Part shown: positions 61,308 to 64,000 of the stretch, piece after piece
Layout: each line of letters starts with the position of its first letter
Position numbering within the stretch: the first letter of the stretch is position 1
Assembly: GCA_963733195.1 (NCBI GenBank)
Contig: CAVTCR010000056.1
Location: 128,001 to 192,000 of the forward strand
Direction: 5' to 3'
Length of the DNA stretch: 64,000 bases
Source of the DNA: an uncultured delta proteobacterium
GTDB taxonomy: Bacteria; Desulfobacterota; Binatia; Bin18
The notes under the pieces: model-generated
Told to the model about the DNA's origin: nothing
Database searches by the model: none
Seen by the model: only the letters and a program-made list of their open reading frames with translations
Position numbers and translations under genes: made by a program

Positions 61308-61717
61308 TTGTTCTGGATGAACAATTACTCGGCCGAGCCATTGATCAGAACATTGCACGCTGGTACCGAGGCCCAGTTCATTTTATTCTTGACCTCCGTC
61401 CGCGCACGGTGATCAAAGATGACGGCATCCCTGAACTACTGCGGCAACAATCCCAACCGACCTTCGTAACTATTAACGAGCGGGATTTTTGGCAAAAGGT
61501 CGAAGCCGATTCTCGCTATTGTATCGTGTGTTTTCCTCTCCCTGATCCTCGGGTTCGCGAAATTCCTGACGCGTTGCGCTCGCTGTTTCGCCGACCAGAG
61601 TTCCGGACAAAGGCGCAACGGATGGGCAAGGTCATTCGGGTCACAAACGAGGATGTTCACTTCTATACTGTCAGCGACAAACGAGTCAGAGCAATTCCTT
61701 TTCCTCCTGAAGATTGA
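61304..61717 (+). CDS. PIN-like (DUF5615-like) toxin candidate
   Basis: IVLDEQL, IKDDGIPELL, PTFVTINERDF; coupled to DUF433. Confidence 0.8.
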   Translation: MIVLDEQLLGRAIDQNIARWYRGPVHFILDLRPRTVIKDDGIPELLRQQSQPTFVTINERDFWQKVEADSRYCIVCFPLPDPRVREIPDALRSLFRRPEFRTKAQRMGKVIRVTNEDVHFYTVSDKRVRAIPFPPED

Positions 61718-61794
61718 TCACGAACATTAATCACAAATTGTGGAATGTTGTTCTTCGTTCATCCTTCCTCGTTCATCGTTCTTTGCTGGAGTTA

Positions 61795-61869
61795 CTGCCA
61801 AAGTAAAGACTTGACCCTTATCCGAAAATTCCTCACACTAGAGCTTGCTGGCAAAGTAAAGATCTGACC
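61795..61869. repeat. two direct copies of CTG(C/G)CAAAGTAAAGA..TGACC, 53 bp apart
   Basis: ctgccaaagtaaagacttgacc at 61795 and ctggcaaagtaaagatctgacc at 61848. Confidence 0.7.
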
Positions 61870-62128
61870 TAATTCTCTCCGGGCTGTGACCAGCAACCGA
61901 AATCACGTCAGCCGCAAGTGCTTCGTGATGACGACTCACTATTTATTTTGCAGACGGTTATCCCACCTCCACGCGATGCATCCGTCTACCCTCTTGACAC
62001 CGGAGGCATGAGAGGTGTTAGACGGTGCCCACTCCATCGATACACGTCTCAAGGGTCACCTTGAACAACCTCGTTTCACTGTGCTACCTGTGCTCGACAT
62101 TCACTCCATCACTTGCGTCGGAGGACCC

Positions 62129-62407
62129 ATGCCATCAGTGGCTTTCATCCAAGGACAGATTCGGAGACTCGAGGGGTTTGCCATAATCTTTCGCAACCGA
62201 GACGGCCGCAACACACGGGACGACTTGGAATTGCCCAAGGGGTATCCATTCTCCAATGCGGCTGCTCACAACATGACGGTCTCTGACTGGAAACGGAACC
62301 GGTTTGACCCAAATTTTATGGGTTTTGATTGCGATGTCCTCGACGAGCGTGGTAACGCGGTACCAGGCATGACGCTCCTCTCTAACGTACGCAAGAGCTA
62401 CCAATAG
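62129..62407 (+). CDS. small hypothetical protein (92 aa)
   Basis: GGAGG RBS before ATG 62129; globular-looking YPFSNAA..MTVSDWKRNRF..DVLD..G..VPG.TLL.NVR.SY. Confidence 0.7.
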   Translation: MPSVAFIQGQIRRLEGFAIIFRNRDGRNTRDDLELPKGYPFSNAAAHNMTVSDWKRNRFDPNFMGFDCDVLDERGNAVPGMTLLSNVRKSYQ

Positions 62408-62445
62408 TAATGACAGGCACAGTCGATTTGGTTTACCACCACTTC

Positions 62446-63426
62446 CTACCGCGGAGTTATTTCCGCCATTCTACATCGTAACGCCTCAAGACGTTGAAGG
62501 GGGGCACTTCTCCTACCAACTTCGCTTTCTGCGGTGCTGATCTTCCGCTGTTGCGTTCTGCTCAAGTCAACAAGTTCGTCAACTTCAAAGAGAACGGGCT
62601 TTACCCAAGTTTCACGAACTCTTGTGCCCACCTATGTAAGTGATCGAGAAGTGTTTTCGACATTTCATGCACATATCTCGTGATTTTCAAGCCTTCGCTT
62701 TCTCCAGATTAGGCGTACGCCTCTCGCGCGCTTCATACCTCCAGAACTGCCACCATGAACCAACGCGATAAAACTCGACACTCTGGTCAATGTATCTTTG
62801 GGGTGAGGGGAGTGCCTTGATACTGAACTGCGGCAGAGTCAAGCCGCTCTTTGTTGCATGGAAATTTGCTCCCTTAAGAATTTCTAACATCGTTTGTTTG
62901 TGCATCATCTCGGGAGTGTATGACAGAGCGCGGGATAAACTGCGACACTCTTCTCTACCTCTGCCCATCTCGCACAGAAGAGACTCTCTTCCCAGAAGAG
63001 GTGAGGGGGATCACTCGGAAGACGGATTGGAGAGAAACTAAGCATTGCCGCTCGAAGCTCCGTGTCGCCCAACGCGCCAGGCAAGGACCATCGAGCGATC
63101 ACTGATTCGCTTACCTGTTGGAGTTCGGTAGCCGTAAGCTTGAGCTGGACGATCCGGTCTACTCTTTTCTCTTCAGCTTCCCGCATTGCTCTCAGCTCTT
63201 CAGTCGCTGCTTGTACTATTTGTTCAATCTCATGCACGCATGCTTCGAACAAGCTCGTCATCTCTAGCTTAAGGGAACTGTTATCCTCGGGCTGCTTTAC
63301 CCTGTCGAGAACGGTCGCCAAACGGCGACTGAGATGCTCTACCTCGGGGAACTCTAAAATAATCGCAAGGCCCTCCTTTAGAATTTCTTGGGTTTCGGTC
63401 ACTTGAGGAGATATAACAATATTCAC
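62446..63426 (-). pseudogene. fragmented helical/coiled-coil protein gene (several successive frames)
   Basis: ORFs 62905-63426, 62687-62968 and 62446-62631 follow one another in shifted frames with similar helical composition; no family recognised. Confidence 0.4.
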
Positions 63427-63497
63427 AACTATTGTAATGCCTTCTAATCCTGGTGCCGGCTAACGCAAGATTGAATCAGTCCTGCGGGCCAAGCTGT

Positions 63498-63553
63498 GTA
63501 GCCCGGATGAAACCCTTCGGCTTTGCTCAGGACAGGCTCCGTGGAATCCGGGA
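63498..63553. repeat. REP-like palindrome GTAGCCCGGAT..ATCCGGG with nested CCCTTCG..GCTCAGGACAGGCT core
   Basis: gtagcccggatgaaa-cccttcggctttgctcaggacaggct-ccgtggaatccggga. Confidence 0.75.
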
Positions 63554-63562
63554 ACAGTATAG

Positions 63563-63949
63563 TTACCACCTAAGACTTTGCTCTTTTCTTTGCTTGATTT
63601 GCCAGTAGCTTACTCCGCTACGGCGTACGCATGCGATTTTGCCCATGCGCTGTGCTTGCCTGCGAAAGGCTTGATAGCGGAGGAACCGGCGAATGTATTC
63701 CGCCGTTTCGTCAACCTCAACGTCGAGATGCACCAGGCAATAGCCCGCATGGAGTAAGGTTGCGCGATAAAAGCCATGGTCACGAGTGAAGAAGGTTGGC
63801 CGTCTCAACCCATGTAGCAAGGGGATGATATCATTCTTATCCTTCATCCCAAGACGGCCTACTTCTTGGCCGATGCTGCGGAAATGAATCCGCCAGGCGC
63901 GTAGACGTGCGCGTTCAGGGGCAATAATATTCTCGTCTAATACATTCAT
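63563..63949 (-). CDS. PIN-like toxin candidate, paralogue of 61304-61717
   Basis: NVLDENI, MKDKNDIIPLL, PTFFTRDHGFY, YCLV, FRRQAQRMGK shared with the 61304 protein. Confidence 0.8.
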   Translation of the reverse strand: MNVLDENIIAPERARLRAWRIHFRSIGQEVGRLGMKDKNDIIPLLHGLRRPTFFTRDHGFYRATLLHAGYCLVHLDVEVDETAEYIRRFLRYQAFRRQAQRMGKIACVRRSGVSYWQIKQRKEQSLRW

Positions 63950-63999
63950 GCGGCTCGCCGGCGCATGAATGTACGATCAATTAACGACTTACGTGCCAA
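63946..63999 (-). CDS. 3' end of the upstream partner gene (probable antitoxin), truncated by the window edge
   Basis: Open frame LARKSLIDRTFMRRRAA* with ATGA overlap on the PIN-like start, the same geometry as 61020/61304. Confidence 0.5.
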   Translation of the reverse strand: MARKSLIDRTFMRRRAA

Positions 64000-64000
64000 T

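Overview
Bacterial genomic window of roughly mid-GC content. Gene content and order resemble Binatia/deltaproteobacteria-like genomes (inference only). It has five parts. (1) 1.3-26.8 kb: an all-minus-strand signalling island with a Wsp/ACF-like chemosensory core (cheW-cheR(TPR)-cheW-cheA with two Hpt domains-cheB), a displaced multi-TM MCP, three hybrid histidine kinases, a TM-PAS-Hpt protein without a kinase domain, an intact hybrid kinase paralogue whose phosphorelay and ATP-binding residues are all substituted, and a receiver domain fused to a PilB/GspE-type ATPase. No diguanylate cyclase is present. (2) 27.7-37.5 kb: PyrR-attenuated pyrR-pyrB-pyrC-carA-carB, then recG. (3) 37.8-51.3 kb: accessory metabolic genes, a lone T4 Rnl1-like RNA ligase, and a hidden UGA-recoded UGSC-type selenoprotein with a SECIS-like hairpin. 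(4) 51.6-59.7 kb: alaC-hom-thrC-apgM-glpX, a crotonase and nth. (5) 60-64 kb: toxin-antitoxin modules and gene fragments. Many intergenic junctions carry 7/8-mer repeat hairpins or REP-like palindromes, and one sits in frame inside carA. At least five single-base frameshifts, one in carA, suggest long-read indel errors. I saw no rRNA, tRNA or CRISPR array. All calls come from reading motifs by eye; no searches were run.
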